Assembly (NCBI GenBank): GCA_964588985.1
Contig: CAZPQW010000009.1
Span: 32,001-96,000 of the forward strand
Reading direction: 5' to 3'
DNA: 64,000 nt
Source: an uncultured Solirubrobacteraceae bacterium
GTDB lineage: Bacteria; Actinomycetota; Thermoleophilia; Solirubrobacterales; Solirubrobacteraceae
Shown: one piece after another, positions 20,184 through 29,295 of the stretch
Layout of the letters: each line of letters begins with the position of its first letter
Position numbering within the stretch: the first letter of the stretch is position 1
Notes under the pieces: model-generated
Seen by the model: the letters and a program-made list of their open reading frames with translations, nothing else
Database searches by the model: none
What the model was told of the DNA's origin: nothing
Made by a program: the position numbers and the translations under genes

Positions 20184-22189
20184 TCCGCTCCCGCCGTCTC
20201 CCCCTCCGGGGACGATGCGGGCTCGTCGGGGTCGTCGCCGCCTCCGCCGTGCTCAACACCGTCCGGCTCTCCCAGAACGGCTACGCCAACGTCTTCTACT
20301 CCGCGGGCGTCAAGTCGATGCTCCGCTCGTGGCACAACTTCGTCTTCGTCTCCTTTGACCCCGGCGGGCTCGTCACCGTCGATAAGCCCCCGCTCGCCCT
20401 GTGGGTGCAGGCGGCGAGCGCCAAGCTGTTCGGCTTCTCGCCGCTCAGCCTGCTGCTGCCCGAGGCGCTCCTCGGCGCGGTCGCCGTCGGGCTGCTCTAC
20501 CTCATCCTCGAGCCGCGCATCGGCACCCCCGCCGCGTTCGCCGGCGCGCTCGCCATGGCCGTCTTCCCCTCGTTCGTCGCCGTCTCGCGCGAGAACGGCG
20601 TCGACACCGTCCTCATCCTGCTGCTCGTCCTCGCCTGCGGCGCCGCTCTGCGCGCCTGCGACACCGGCCGCCTGCGCGCGCTCGTCTGGAGCGGCGCGCT
20701 AGTCGGGCTCGCGTTCAACACCAAGACGCTCGCCGCCTATCTCGCCGTCCCCGGGATCGCCGCCGGCTACCTCGTGTGCGCGCCCGTGTCGCTGCGTCGG
20801 CGCATCGCGCACGTGGCCGTCGCCGGGGTCGCGATGCTCGCCGTGTCGTTCGCGTGGATCGCGTTCGTAGAACTCACCCCCGCCTCCAAGCGCCCCTACG
20901 TGGGCAGCTCCACCAACAACACCGAGCTCGGGCTCACGTTCCAATACAACGGCGTCGGGCGCGTCGAAGGGCAGGCCGGCGGACCGGGCCGGGTCGCCAC
21001 GCTGCCCGGCGCCTACGTCCCCGCCGCGCGCCAGCTCGAAGCTGCCGCCGCGGCCGCCGCCGCCCACCCGAGCGCAGCGAGCGAACAGACAAGTGGAGGC
21101 AACACCGCCCGCGTACCCAAGCCCACGCTCAAACCAATCGAAACCAGCGGCCGCGAACGCAACCCGATCCCCTTCGGCGGCTCGCCCAGCATCACGCGCC
21201 TGTTCGGCCGGGGCCTCGGCGACCAGGGCGGGTGGCTGCTGCCGTTCGCGTTCCTCGGCGCGCTCGCCCTCGCGCTGCTCGCTCTGCTCGAGCGCCCGCC
21301 CGAGGCGCGCTTCGACCGGCCGCGACTGGCGGTAGCGCTCGTGCTCGGCGGCTGGTTCCTCGTCGAGGCGGCCGTGCTCAGCCTCTCCAAGGGGATCGTC
21401 CATCCCTACTACGTCTCCGCGCTCGCTCCCGGCGCCGGCGCGATGGTCGGCGCGGGAGCAGCCGCGCTCGCCACGCTCGCCCGCGGCCATCGGAGGGTGC
21501 TGGGGCTGGCGCTCCTCGCGCTCGCGATCGCCGCCACCGTCGCCGTCCAGGTCGTGCTGCTGCACCGCGAGCACTACATGAGCTGGTTCGTCCCCGTGCT
21601 GCTCGTCGGGGCCGGCGCCGGGCTGTGCGCGCTGCTCGCGCTGCGACGGCTCGCCGCCCCCGCGCTCGCCGCGACGCTCGCGCTGCTGCTCGTCGCGCCC
21701 GCCGCCTACTCCGCCACCACGTGGCTCGCGCCCGCCGAGGGCACGTTCCCCGCCGCCGGCCCCGAACGCACCGCCGGCGCCGGCGCGTACGGGATCAACG
21801 CCAAAGACCTCGAAGTCGACGCCGCGCTCGCCGCGTACGTCAGCACGCACCGTCCCGGCTCGCGCTGGGCACTCTTCACCGTCGCCTCCAGCACCGCCGC
21901 GCCGATGATGCTCTTCGGCCTCGACGCGGGTGCGCTCGGCGGCTACAGCGGCACCGACCCCGCGCTCGACGGCCCCGGCCTCGCGCGCCTCGTCGCACGC
22001 CGAGAAGCGCGCTACGTGCTGCTCGGGGGCGAGTACTCGCTGCGCGGCGGCAACCGCGCCACCAAGGCCGTTCTGCGCGCGTGCAGGGAGATGGTCCCCG
22101 CCGAATGGAACAGCCCGCTCGGCTACCCCCTCGGGCTCGTGCTGTTTGACTGCGCCGGGCGCGAACGCGCGCTCTCCGCTGCGGGCTGA
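20180..22189 (+). CDS. Glycosyltransferase family 39 (ArnT/PMT-like) membrane protein
   Basis: YANVFYSAGVKSM, FDPGGLVTVDKPP, AFNTK, RPYVGSS, HPYY; many TM segments. Confidence 0.88.
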   Translation: MIRSRRLPLRGRCGLVGVVAASAVLNTVRLSQNGYANVFYSAGVKSMLRSWHNFVFVSFDPGGLVTVDKPPLALWVQAASAKLFGFSPLSLLLPEALLGAVAVGLLYLILEPRIGTPAAFAGALAMAVFPSFVAVSRENGVDTVLILLLVLACGAALRACDTGRLRALVWSGALVGLAFNTKTLAAYLAVPGIAAGYLVCAPVSLRRRIAHVAVAGVAMLAVSFAWIAFVELTPASKRPYVGSSTNNTELGLTFQYNGVGRVEGQAGGPGRVATLPGAYVPAARQLEAAAAAAAAHPSAASEQTSGGNTARVPKPTLKPIETSGRERNPIPFGGSPSITRLFGRGLGDQGGWLLPFAFLGALALALLALLERPPEARFDRPRLAVALVLGGWFLVEAAVLSLSKGIVHPYYVSALAPGAGAMVGAGAAALATLARGHRRVLGLALLALAIAATVAVQVVLLHREHYMSWFVPVLLVGAGAGLCALLALRRLAAPALAATLALLLVAPAAYSATTWLAPAEGTFPAAGPERTAGAGAYGINAKDLEVDAALAAYVSTHRPGSRWALFTVASSTAAPMMLFGLDAGALGGYSGTDPALDGPGLARLVARREARYVLLGGEYSLRGGNRATKAVLRACREMVPAEWNSPLGYPLGLVLFDCAGRERALSAAG

Positions 22190-22208
22190 GCGCGGCCAGC
22201 TTCTGAGG

Positions 22209-23747
22209 CTAAACAGCCACCGACAGCCCGTGGTGGAACGCGCGCGCGAACAGCTCGCGCTCGCGACCGGCCGCCCACCGCGGCACCGCCAGCTCGCCGT
22301 CGGCGATCAGCCGCAGCTCGACCTCGTCGTCTTTCAGCTCGAGGCTCGTCGCGCTCACCAGCTGGTCGCGCGAGCGCTCCAGGTCCTCCGCCAGGCGCAG
22401 CAGCGCCGCGCAGCGGTCCAGGCGCGCCGCGTCGCCGTCTCCGAACAGCGCCGCCATCGGCCCCGGCGAGGGCATGCCCTTGCGGTGGTAGCGCGCGGCC
22501 TGCGCCACGATCGCCGTCTCCACCGGCTCGAAGCCCGGCAGGCCGCCGTTGAGGATCAGGTAGCGGGAGTGCTTGTGGTGGTCGTCGTAGTCGATCGACA
22601 TGCCGATGTCGTGCAGCATGCACGCCGCCCACAGCAGTTCGCGCTCGCGCTCCTCGCCCTCGTGCAGACCGAGCTCCGCGAGCTTGTCGAACATCCCCAG
22701 CGCGAGCGTCGCGACGTGCTGGGTGTGCACAGCGTCCACCCGATATTGCGCCGCCATGTTCGTCACGCTCGAGCGCCGCACGTCGCGCAGCAGCGGCGGG
22801 TCGCGGTCGGCGAGCTGGCGCTCGAAGAACACGCCCTCGCGCAACCCCGCTTCGGTCGTCTCGATGCCCTCGAAGCCGCCCGCCTCGAGCACCCCTTGCA
22901 CCACCACCGCGCCCGCCAGGATCAGATCCGCGCGCGCAGGCTTGATCCCAGGCACGCTCGCACGCTCGCGCGCCGGCAGCGCCGCCAGGCGCTCCACCAG
23001 CTCGTCCAGCGCCTCGCGCGCGATCGTCGTGCCCTGTACGCCGTTCGACGGCAGGCCCGCCGCGCGCTGCGCCGCGGAGGCGAGGTTGCGCAGCGTGCCC
23101 CCGATCCCCACCAGGCGCCCTCCCCCGCCGGCCCGCGCGCCTTCGGTCAACCACGCCGCCTGCGCCAGCTCCAGCGCCACGTGCTCGCGCAGCTCCTCCA
23201 GCTGCTTGCGCTTCGCCGGGCCGTTCGGCGGCAGGAAGCGCTCGCTCATCAGCACCGTCCCCACCCGCCACGAGCCCGAGTGGCTCGCCAGCCGGTCCGC
23301 CACGCGCACCAGCTGCAGCGAGCCGCCTCCCAGGTCGAGCACGCAGCCGTCGCTCAACGTGGTCGAGTTGACCGCCGCGAGGTAGCCGTAGCGGGCCTCC
23401 GCGCCGCGGCTCAGCACGCGGATCGGCAGTCCGAAGCGCTCGCGAGCCCGTGCGAGGAACTCCTCCGCGTTCTCCGCGTCGCGGATCGCGCTCGTCGCGA
23501 CCGCGTCCACCGCGTCCGCGTCGAGGCCGCCCGCGCGACAGAAGTGCGAGAACACGTCGAGCGTCGCCAGCGCGCGCTCCATCGGCTCCTCCCCCAGCAC
23601 GCCCGTGTCGATCATCCCCTCGCCGATGCGCACCGGCTCGTGGATCTCATCGGTACGCCGCCACCAGCCCTGTCCTGCCATGAACACGACCAGCCGGAAG
23701 GAGTTGGAGCCTAGATCTATTACCGCGAGCCGCTCGCCTGGCCTCAT
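22209..23747 (-). CDS. ppx: Ppx/GppA exopolyphosphatase with HD domain
   Basis: IDLGSNSFRL, ATSAIRDAEN, DLGGGS, GLREG, LHDIG...HHKHS. Confidence 0.93.
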   Translation of the reverse strand: MRPGERLAVIDLGSNSFRLVVFMAGQGWWRRTDEIHEPVRIGEGMIDTGVLGEEPMERALATLDVFSHFCRAGGLDADAVDAVATSAIRDAENAEEFLARARERFGLPIRVLSRGAEARYGYLAAVNSTTLSDGCVLDLGGGSLQLVRVADRLASHSGSWRVGTVLMSERFLPPNGPAKRKQLEELREHVALELAQAAWLTEGARAGGGGRLVGIGGTLRNLASAAQRAAGLPSNGVQGTTIAREALDELVERLAALPARERASVPGIKPARADLILAGAVVVQGVLEAGGFEGIETTEAGLREGVFFERQLADRDPPLLRDVRRSSVTNMAAQYRVDAVHTQHVATLALGMFDKLAELGLHEGEERERELLWAACMLHDIGMSIDYDDHHKHSRYLILNGGLPGFEPVETAIVAQAARYHRKGMPSPGPMAALFGDGDAARLDRCAALLRLAEDLERSRDQLVSATSLELKDDEVELRLIADGELAVPRWAAGRERELFARAFHHGLSVAV

Positions 23748-23837
23748 CGCTTCAGCGTATTCACCGCACCGGCTGGCTTTGAAACGCGATTCGACATCGA
23801 TACCGCCGCGCGCGGGAGGCGCCCCTACGGGATTCGC

Positions 23838-25151
23838 TCAGCGGTGCGTCTCGGGCCTCGCGCGCTTCGCCGCGTACATCGCCTGGTCGGCTTCCACGAG
23901 CGCTTTCTCCGCGCTTTCGACGCCTTCGTGCACGAGCGAGAAGCCGATGCTCGCCGAGGGGTGCAGGACGTCGTCGCCGACGTCGATGGTGCAGCCCTTG
24001 ATCACACGGTCCAGGCCCTCCGCCACCACAGCCACGCCCTCGCGGTCGATGTGCGGCAGGAGCACCGCGAACTCGTCGCCGCCGAGGCGTGCCACGAGGT
24101 CCGTTTCCCTCAGTCTGCGCGTCAGCGCGCGGGCGACCGCCTTGAGCGTGTCGTCGCCTGCCTTGTGGCCGTAGGTGTCGTTGACGCGCTTGAACTCGTC
24201 CAGGTCGATCACGATCAGCCCCGCGACCTCGCCGTAGCGCTGCGAGCGGGCGACCTGCAGGCGCAGGTCGTGCTCGAACAGCCGGCGGTTGCGCATCCCC
24301 GTCAGCGGGTCGTGGTCGGCGAGGTGGCGCAGGTGCTCCTCCAGGCGCTTGCGGTCGGAGATGTCCTGCACCTGGGCGATGTAGTGGAGCGGTGCGCCGT
24401 TGCGATCACGCACGAGCGACATCGACAGGATCGCCGAGACGGTCTCCCCGGCGGCGTCGAAGTAGCGCTTCTCCACCTGGAAGGCCGGGATCTGGCCGTC
24501 GAGCAGGCGCTGGCGCTGCTCGAGGTCGTTGAGCGCGTCCTCCGGGTGCATGATGCCGTCGAAGCGCTTGCCGATCAGCTCCTCGGAGGTGTAGCCGGTG
24601 ATGTCGCACAGCGCGCGGTTCACCAGCAGCCAGCGGCCTTCGCTGTCGAGCAGGCCGGTGCCGATCGGCGCGCGCTCGAAGACCTCCTCGAAGCTGCCGC
24701 TCCCGCGCGAGGGCGCGAGCAGATCCGCGTGTCTGCGCGCGGTGATGTCGAGCACCACCGCCACGCCGCCCGCGATCGAGCTGTCCTCCTCGCCGCCCGC
24801 GCCGTGCAGCCGCAGCGGCCCAACGTCGACCATCATGCAGTGGCGCTCCTCCGCGGTCCAGATCTCGCGCGAGCGCGTCTCGCCGTCGAGCGCCGAGCGG
24901 AACAGCGGCTCGAGCACCCGCCACAGCTCCGCCGGGAACGCCTCCTCCACGAGCTGGCCGTCGAGGCCGGCCTGCGGTGGGCCGAGACGCTCGAGCGCCT
25001 GCCCCGCGGTCAGCACGAAGCGCAGGTCCCTGTCGAACACCAGGATCAGCGCCTCGGGCAGCTCGCGCAGAGCAGCCGCAGCGGCCTGATCGGCGCTCGC
25101 GATCACGTAAGGGTTCTGGGGGCTCTCTCTGGTGGAGGGCGACACGCCCAT
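23838..25151 (-). CDS. PAS-PAS-GGDEF diguanylate cyclase
   Basis: PAS/PAC (VNRALCDITGY, QDISDRK), HDPLTG, DLDEFKRVND, RLGGDEF. Confidence 0.93.
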   Translation of the reverse strand: MGVSPSTRESPQNPYVIASADQAAAAALRELPEALILVFDRDLRFVLTAGQALERLGPPQAGLDGQLVEEAFPAELWRVLEPLFRSALDGETRSREIWTAEERHCMMVDVGPLRLHGAGGEEDSSIAGGVAVVLDITARRHADLLAPSRGSGSFEEVFERAPIGTGLLDSEGRWLLVNRALCDITGYTSEELIGKRFDGIMHPEDALNDLEQRQRLLDGQIPAFQVEKRYFDAAGETVSAILSMSLVRDRNGAPLHYIAQVQDISDRKRLEEHLRHLADHDPLTGMRNRRLFEHDLRLQVARSQRYGEVAGLIVIDLDEFKRVNDTYGHKAGDDTLKAVARALTRRLRETDLVARLGGDEFAVLLPHIDREGVAVVAEGLDRVIKGCTIDVGDDVLHPSASIGFSLVHEGVESAEKALVEADQAMYAAKRARPETHR

Positions 25152-25152
25152 C

Positions 25153-25180
25153 CCATCGGCCTCTGCGGCTGTCTACTTGA
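25153..25180 (-). promoter_or_regulatory. Putative sigma28 (FliA/WhiG-type) promoter
   Basis: Minus strand TCAAG-N15-GCCGATGG just upstream of the GGDEF ORF. Confidence 0.5.
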
Positions 25181-25248
25181 CAGCGAACCGCCGATCGGGG
25201 CGGTTACTTGACAGCGTGGGCGCCGTCTTGCACTGAGGGATGACTTTC

Positions 25249-26091
25249 TCAGGGGCGCACGAACGTGTCGGGGTCTGGCCCGATGCGGGTGTTCGTGTCG
25301 AGCGCCGCGATCGACTCCATCTCCGCATCGCTCAGCTCGAAGTCGAAGACGTGGAAGTTCTGCTCGATCCGCTCGGGCGTCACCGACTTGGGGATCACCA
25401 CGTTGCCGAGCTGCACGTGCCAGCGGATCACCACCTGCCCCGCCGTCCTCGAGTGCGCCTCGGCGATCTCCACGATCGCGGGGTCCTCGAGCGCCCTGCC
25501 CTGCGCGAGCGGGCTCCACGCCTCGGTCAGCATGTGCAGATCGTGGTGTTCGCAGCGCAGCTGCGGCTGCTGCAGGTAGGGGTGCAGCTCCACCTGGTTC
25601 ACCGCCGGCGTCTCGCCGGTCTCCTCGATCACGCGCCGCAGATGGGCGGGCTTGAAGTTCGACACGCCGATCGCGCGGGTCAGCCCTTCGTCACGCATCT
25701 CGACGAACGCCCTCCATGTCTCCACATATAGGTCGTGCGACGGCACCGGCCAGTGGATCAGATACAGGTCCACGCGGTCGAGCTGCAGGCGCTCGAGGCT
25801 CGCGTGCAGCGCGCGCTTGGCCCGCTCGTGGCCGTGGTCGTCGTTGAAGCACTTCGTCGTCACGAACACCTCGTCGCGACCCAGGCCGCTCTCGCGCAGC
25901 GCCTGCCCCACCTCGGCCTCGTTGCGGTACGCCGCCGCGGTGTCGATGTGGCGGTAGCCGGTGGCCAGCGCGTTCGATACGACCTCGACGGTCTGCGCGG
26001 GCGGGACCTGAAAGACCCCGAAGCCGAGCTGCGGGATATCCACCCCGTCGCCGAAGGGGATCAGCGGGACGCGGGTGGTGTGTGAGCTCAT
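25249..26091 (-). CDS. Aldo/keto reductase (2,5-DKG reductase-like)
   Basis: GFGVFQ, GYRHIDTAAAY, DLYLIHWP, IGVSNF, NQVELHP, IPKS; start ATG 26091. Confidence 0.95.
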   Translation of the reverse strand: MSSHTTRVPLIPFGDGVDIPQLGFGVFQVPPAQTVEVVSNALATGYRHIDTAAAYRNEAEVGQALRESGLGRDEVFVTTKCFNDDHGHERAKRALHASLERLQLDRVDLYLIHWPVPSHDLYVETWRAFVEMRDEGLTRAIGVSNFKPAHLRRVIEETGETPAVNQVELHPYLQQPQLRCEHHDLHMLTEAWSPLAQGRALEDPAIVEIAEAHSRTAGQVVIRWHVQLGNVVIPKSVTPERIEQNFHVFDFELSDAEMESIAALDTNTRIGPDPDTFVRP

Positions 26092-26160
26092 TGTGCTTGG
26101 CAATGCCCTCCGTCGAGCGATCCTAAACCTCTGAACCCGTCCGGCGATAATGTCGCGACG

Positions 26161-27387
26161 ATGCACCGTCACCGCCCCAGCGGCTGGCTGCGCCACTACG
26201 CGGGATTCCTCTCGCCGAACGCCACCGCCGCCCTGCGCGTGTTGCTGGAGCGAGACCGCGAGCAGCGCCTGCACCGCCTCGCCGCGACCGTCGGAGACAT
26301 CGCCCGCGAGCGCCGCTCGGGCTCGCGGCCACGGATGCGCGCGCTACAGGCCGCCCCCGGCGCGCGCCTGCGCTGGCGCTCGACGCCCGCGCCGCCCCCA
26401 CCCGGACCGTATGGCGCGGTGGTGCACCCGATCGCGTCCGCCACGTGCGACATCGACTGCCCGCTCGCGCTCGGCCGCAGCCAGTTCGCGCTGCCGCTGC
26501 ACCTCGGGCACGAATGCGTCGCGGACGTGCTGAGCGTCGGCGAGCGCGTCAGCACGGTCAAGCCGGGCGACCGCGTGATCGTGCCGTTCGAGATCAGCTG
26601 TGGGACGTGCGCCCCGTGCCTCGCGGGACTGCAGGGCAGCTGCACGTCGGTGCCGCCCGTCTCCGCCTATGGCATGGGCCTGGCGACGGGGCACTGGGGC
26701 GGTGCGTTCTCCGACGAGCTCGCGGTGCCTTATGCGGATGCGATGCTCGTGCCGCTTCCCGAGGGCATCGATCCGGTGGCCGCGGCGAGCCTCGCGGACA
26801 ACGTGTGCGACGCCTACCGCCACATCGGCCCGCATGTGCCGGTGCTGCTCGAGCGCGACCCTGACGCGGAGATCCTGATCCTCGCGGCGCTCGAGGAGCG
26901 CGTGCTGTTCAGCGGCAGCGTGGCGCTCTACGTGGGTCTGATCGCCCGCGCGTTCGGCGCGCGCAACGTGTGCATCGTCGATGCGAGACCCGCGATGCGC
27001 GCGCACGCCGAGCGCCTCGGGCTGCACGCGATCTCTCCACGCGAGCTGCGCCGCCGCCCGCCGGCGCCGCTGGTGGTGGACCTCACGATCGACAGGCTCG
27101 GCGTGGCGCTCTCCCACACCGCCCCGGACGGGATCTGCACAAGCTCCGGGAGCCTTCACCGCAGCGCCCGCACCCCGGCGCTTCAGATGTACGTGCGCAA
27201 CGTGACGCTTCACTTCGGGCGCACGCACGTGCGCGCGCTGATCCCGAAGGTGCTCGAGCTGATGCGCGACGGGCGCCTACGCCCAGAGACGGTCACGACC
27301 ACGGTGGGCTCGCTCGAGGACGCGCCGCAGGCGCTGCGCGAGCACTTCCTCGGCGGCGGCGTGAAGGCGGTCCTCACGACCGCTTGA
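26161..27387 (+). CDS. Zinc-binding alcohol dehydrogenase family protein
   Basis: GHE motif, CGTCAPC...C structural Zn; alternative start at 26335. Confidence 0.88.
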   Translation: MHRHRPSGWLRHYAGFLSPNATAALRVLLERDREQRLHRLAATVGDIARERRSGSRPRMRALQAAPGARLRWRSTPAPPPPGPYGAVVHPIASATCDIDCPLALGRSQFALPLHLGHECVADVLSVGERVSTVKPGDRVIVPFEISCGTCAPCLAGLQGSCTSVPPVSAYGMGLATGHWGGAFSDELAVPYADAMLVPLPEGIDPVAAASLADNVCDAYRHIGPHVPVLLERDPDAEILILAALEERVLFSGSVALYVGLIARAFGARNVCIVDARPAMRAHAERLGLHAISPRELRRRPPAPLVVDLTIDRLGVALSHTAPDGICTSSGSLHRSARTPALQMYVRNVTLHFGRTHVRALIPKVLELMRDGRLRPETVTTTVGSLEDAPQALREHFLGGGVKAVLTTA

Positions 27388-27405
27388 CGCGAGAGCGGTG
27401 AGGCG

Positions 27406-27431
27406 CGGCGGCCACCCGTCGATGGCCGCCG
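27406..27431. terminator. Hairpin between convergent genes
   Basis: CGGCGGCCA-N8-TGGCCGCCG. Confidence 0.55.
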
Positions 27432-27453
27432 TTGTGCCTCGAGAGGGTGCGGC

Positions 27454-27651
27454 TCAGGCCTTGAGGTTGATCTGGCCGGGGGTGATTTTGGCGGGAGAGG
27501 CCGCCTGGGTGAGAGCGTGTGCCGCGCCGTTGTCCGAGTCGCCGTCGTGGTCCGGCGCCCCCGGGACCTCGGCGGTCTCGGGCTTGGCGGGCGGCGTGGG
27601 GACTGCGTGGCTCTGGGCGGGCGCTGCGCCGCCGACTGGGGTGATGCTCAT
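27454..27651 (-). CDS. Small disordered protein with DHDGDSD motif
   Basis: 65-aa ORF with strong RBS (GAGGGAAGG) and a sigma28-like promoter. Confidence 0.7.
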   Translation of the reverse strand: MSITPVGGAAPAQSHAVPTPPAKPETAEVPGAPDHDGDSDNGAAHALTQAASPAKITPGQINLKA

Positions 27652-27688
27652 GGGGCCGTTCCTTCCCTCGGGTTGGTTTGTGGTCGAT

Positions 27689-27715
27689 TCATCGGCCCGA
27701 GCTGTGTTGCCTTTA
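27689..27715 (-). promoter_or_regulatory. Sigma28 (FliA/WhiG-type) promoter
   Basis: Minus strand TAAA-N15-GCCGATGA, one mismatch from the TAAA-N15-GCCGATAA consensus. Confidence 0.75.
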
Positions 27716-27732
27716 AGAGACTGAGCGGTCTC

Positions 27733-29208
27733 TCACAAACGGATCGCCGGGAGCGCAACCGCAGACGACCGTCCGAGCTCCGTGCCGTAGGCGTCGAGCG
27801 CACTCACGGCGAAGCTGGAGCCGACCGCGTCGGTGTGGAGCACGGTCTCGAAGCTCCTCGCTCTCACGGTCGCGACCGCCTGCATGCCGCCCGCTTTCGA
27901 GTCGACGAGCAGCTGCCACGCATGCACGTCGGTCGCGCCGTTCCAGCTGGCGTAGGCGGCGACCCTGCCTTCGCGGTGGTCAATCGCGAGCGCCGGCGCC
28001 TCCGCTGGCTGTGCGCTCCACGGCAGGCGAAACGCGCGGTAGCACTGGTAGCGAGCGCCGAGCTTCGCGTCGAACAGCAGGCGCCCGGAGGGGTCGAACT
28101 CGGAGACGCGGGGGATTTCCCCCCAGCCGACGAACACGTTGCCGTTGGCGAGCCGCTGCACGCTGCCCTGGCTGCCGGCGAGGATCCCCGCGTGGGTGTA
28201 CTGGCGCAGCAACGTCGCGGACATCTGCTGCTCGTCGAGGGCGAGGATCAGCCCGCGCGACTGCCGCTCCACCGCGGGCGTGGCGCCGTTGTCGAACACC
28301 GTGAGCGTGCCGTCGGACTGGCGGCGAGCGTGGTGCTGCCACGCGAAGCGGCTGCCCGGCCCCATCGCGAAGTCGCTGCTCCCGCCGCCGAGGCGCCAAA
28401 GGATGTTGCCCCGGCGGTCGAGCTTGTAGACGGTCTGGGTGCTGCGCGAGGAGATCAGCAGGCTCCCGTCGCCGTCGAGGGCGACGGAGTTGATGTGGGA
28501 GTAGTCCCAGTTGGCGCCCACGGGGGCGAAGGACTCCGCGAGCGGGATGTGCTCGAGGCTGTGCCACTCGAGCAGCACCCTGCCGGTGGCGAGGTCGACC
28601 TCCTGGAAGATCGCGTCCTGGATCGTGCCGTCGCGCGCGCCGCCGACGCTCGAGAGGTCGGCGCCGACGACCTGGTAACTGGTGATCAGCGCGGTGCCCT
28701 GGGGCGTGATGACGAACTCGTGCAGGTCGCCGCGCAGCCCGCCCGCGGCCTGGATGCGGCGCACGGTGCGGTAGGCGGTGTCGGCGATCACGTATTCGCC
28801 GACGCCGTGGCCGAGTTCGATGTGTCCCTCCCACCACGTGAGCACCGGCTCGCCGCGATAGCTCTGGACCTTGAAGTTGGTGGTCACGATGCCCGCGACC
28901 GGGTTCTCCCAGATCGGCTCGCCGTGGTGGTCGACGATCACCGCGCCCGCCTGACCGTAGGGGTTGTTGTAGGGGGCGATGAAGATCGGATCGGTGGAGG
29001 CGCCCTGCTCGTTGCGGAGCACCGTGAGCGCAGGGATCCTCAGGTCCGGGCGGCTGCGCCACGCGGGCGGCCTCGGCGAGCGCCCGCTGCGGGCAGTGGC
29101 GGCGAGCACGACCTCGGTGACGCTGCCGGCGAGACCGAGCGTCATCGCGCCGAGCCCCGCGGAGCGCAGCAGTTGACGACGAGTGACGCCGGTGCTTACC
29201 GTTGTCAT
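27733..29208 (-). CDS. Arylsulfotransferase (ASST) family protein, Tat-exported
   Basis: TRRQLL twin-arginine; DLHEF, DYSHINS, LISSR, FAWQHHAR, FDNG, SQGSVQ, YRAFR. Confidence 0.88.
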   Translation of the reverse strand: MTTVSTGVTRRQLLRSAGLGAMTLGLAGSVTEVVLAATARSGRSPRPPAWRSRPDLRIPALTVLRNEQGASTDPIFIAPYNNPYGQAGAVIVDHHGEPIWENPVAGIVTTNFKVQSYRGEPVLTWWEGHIELGHGVGEYVIADTAYRTVRRIQAAGGLRGDLHEFVITPQGTALITSYQVVGADLSSVGGARDGTIQDAIFQEVDLATGRVLLEWHSLEHIPLAESFAPVGANWDYSHINSVALDGDGSLLISSRSTQTVYKLDRRGNILWRLGGGSSDFAMGPGSRFAWQHHARRQSDGTLTVFDNGATPAVERQSRGLILALDEQQMSATLLRQYTHAGILAGSQGSVQRLANGNVFVGWGEIPRVSEFDPSGRLLFDAKLGARYQCYRAFRLPWSAQPAEAPALAIDHREGRVAAYASWNGATDVHAWQLLVDSKAGGMQAVATVRARSFETVLHTDAVGSSFAVSALDAYGTELGRSSAVALPAIRL

Positions 29209-29295
29209 AGCTAGCCCACAGCTAAGCGCACGAGCCGAAGGGGAACGTGAGGATCGCGTAAGACGTTTCTGGGGAGGCGCCGGCGCGCGGGTCGT

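Noticed and set aside
21930-23714. 594-aa plus-strand ORF and similar long shadow ORFs (27517-29214, 52055-53569, 56294-58297)
   Set aside because: Each lies opposite a clearly recognisable gene and lacks domain motifs
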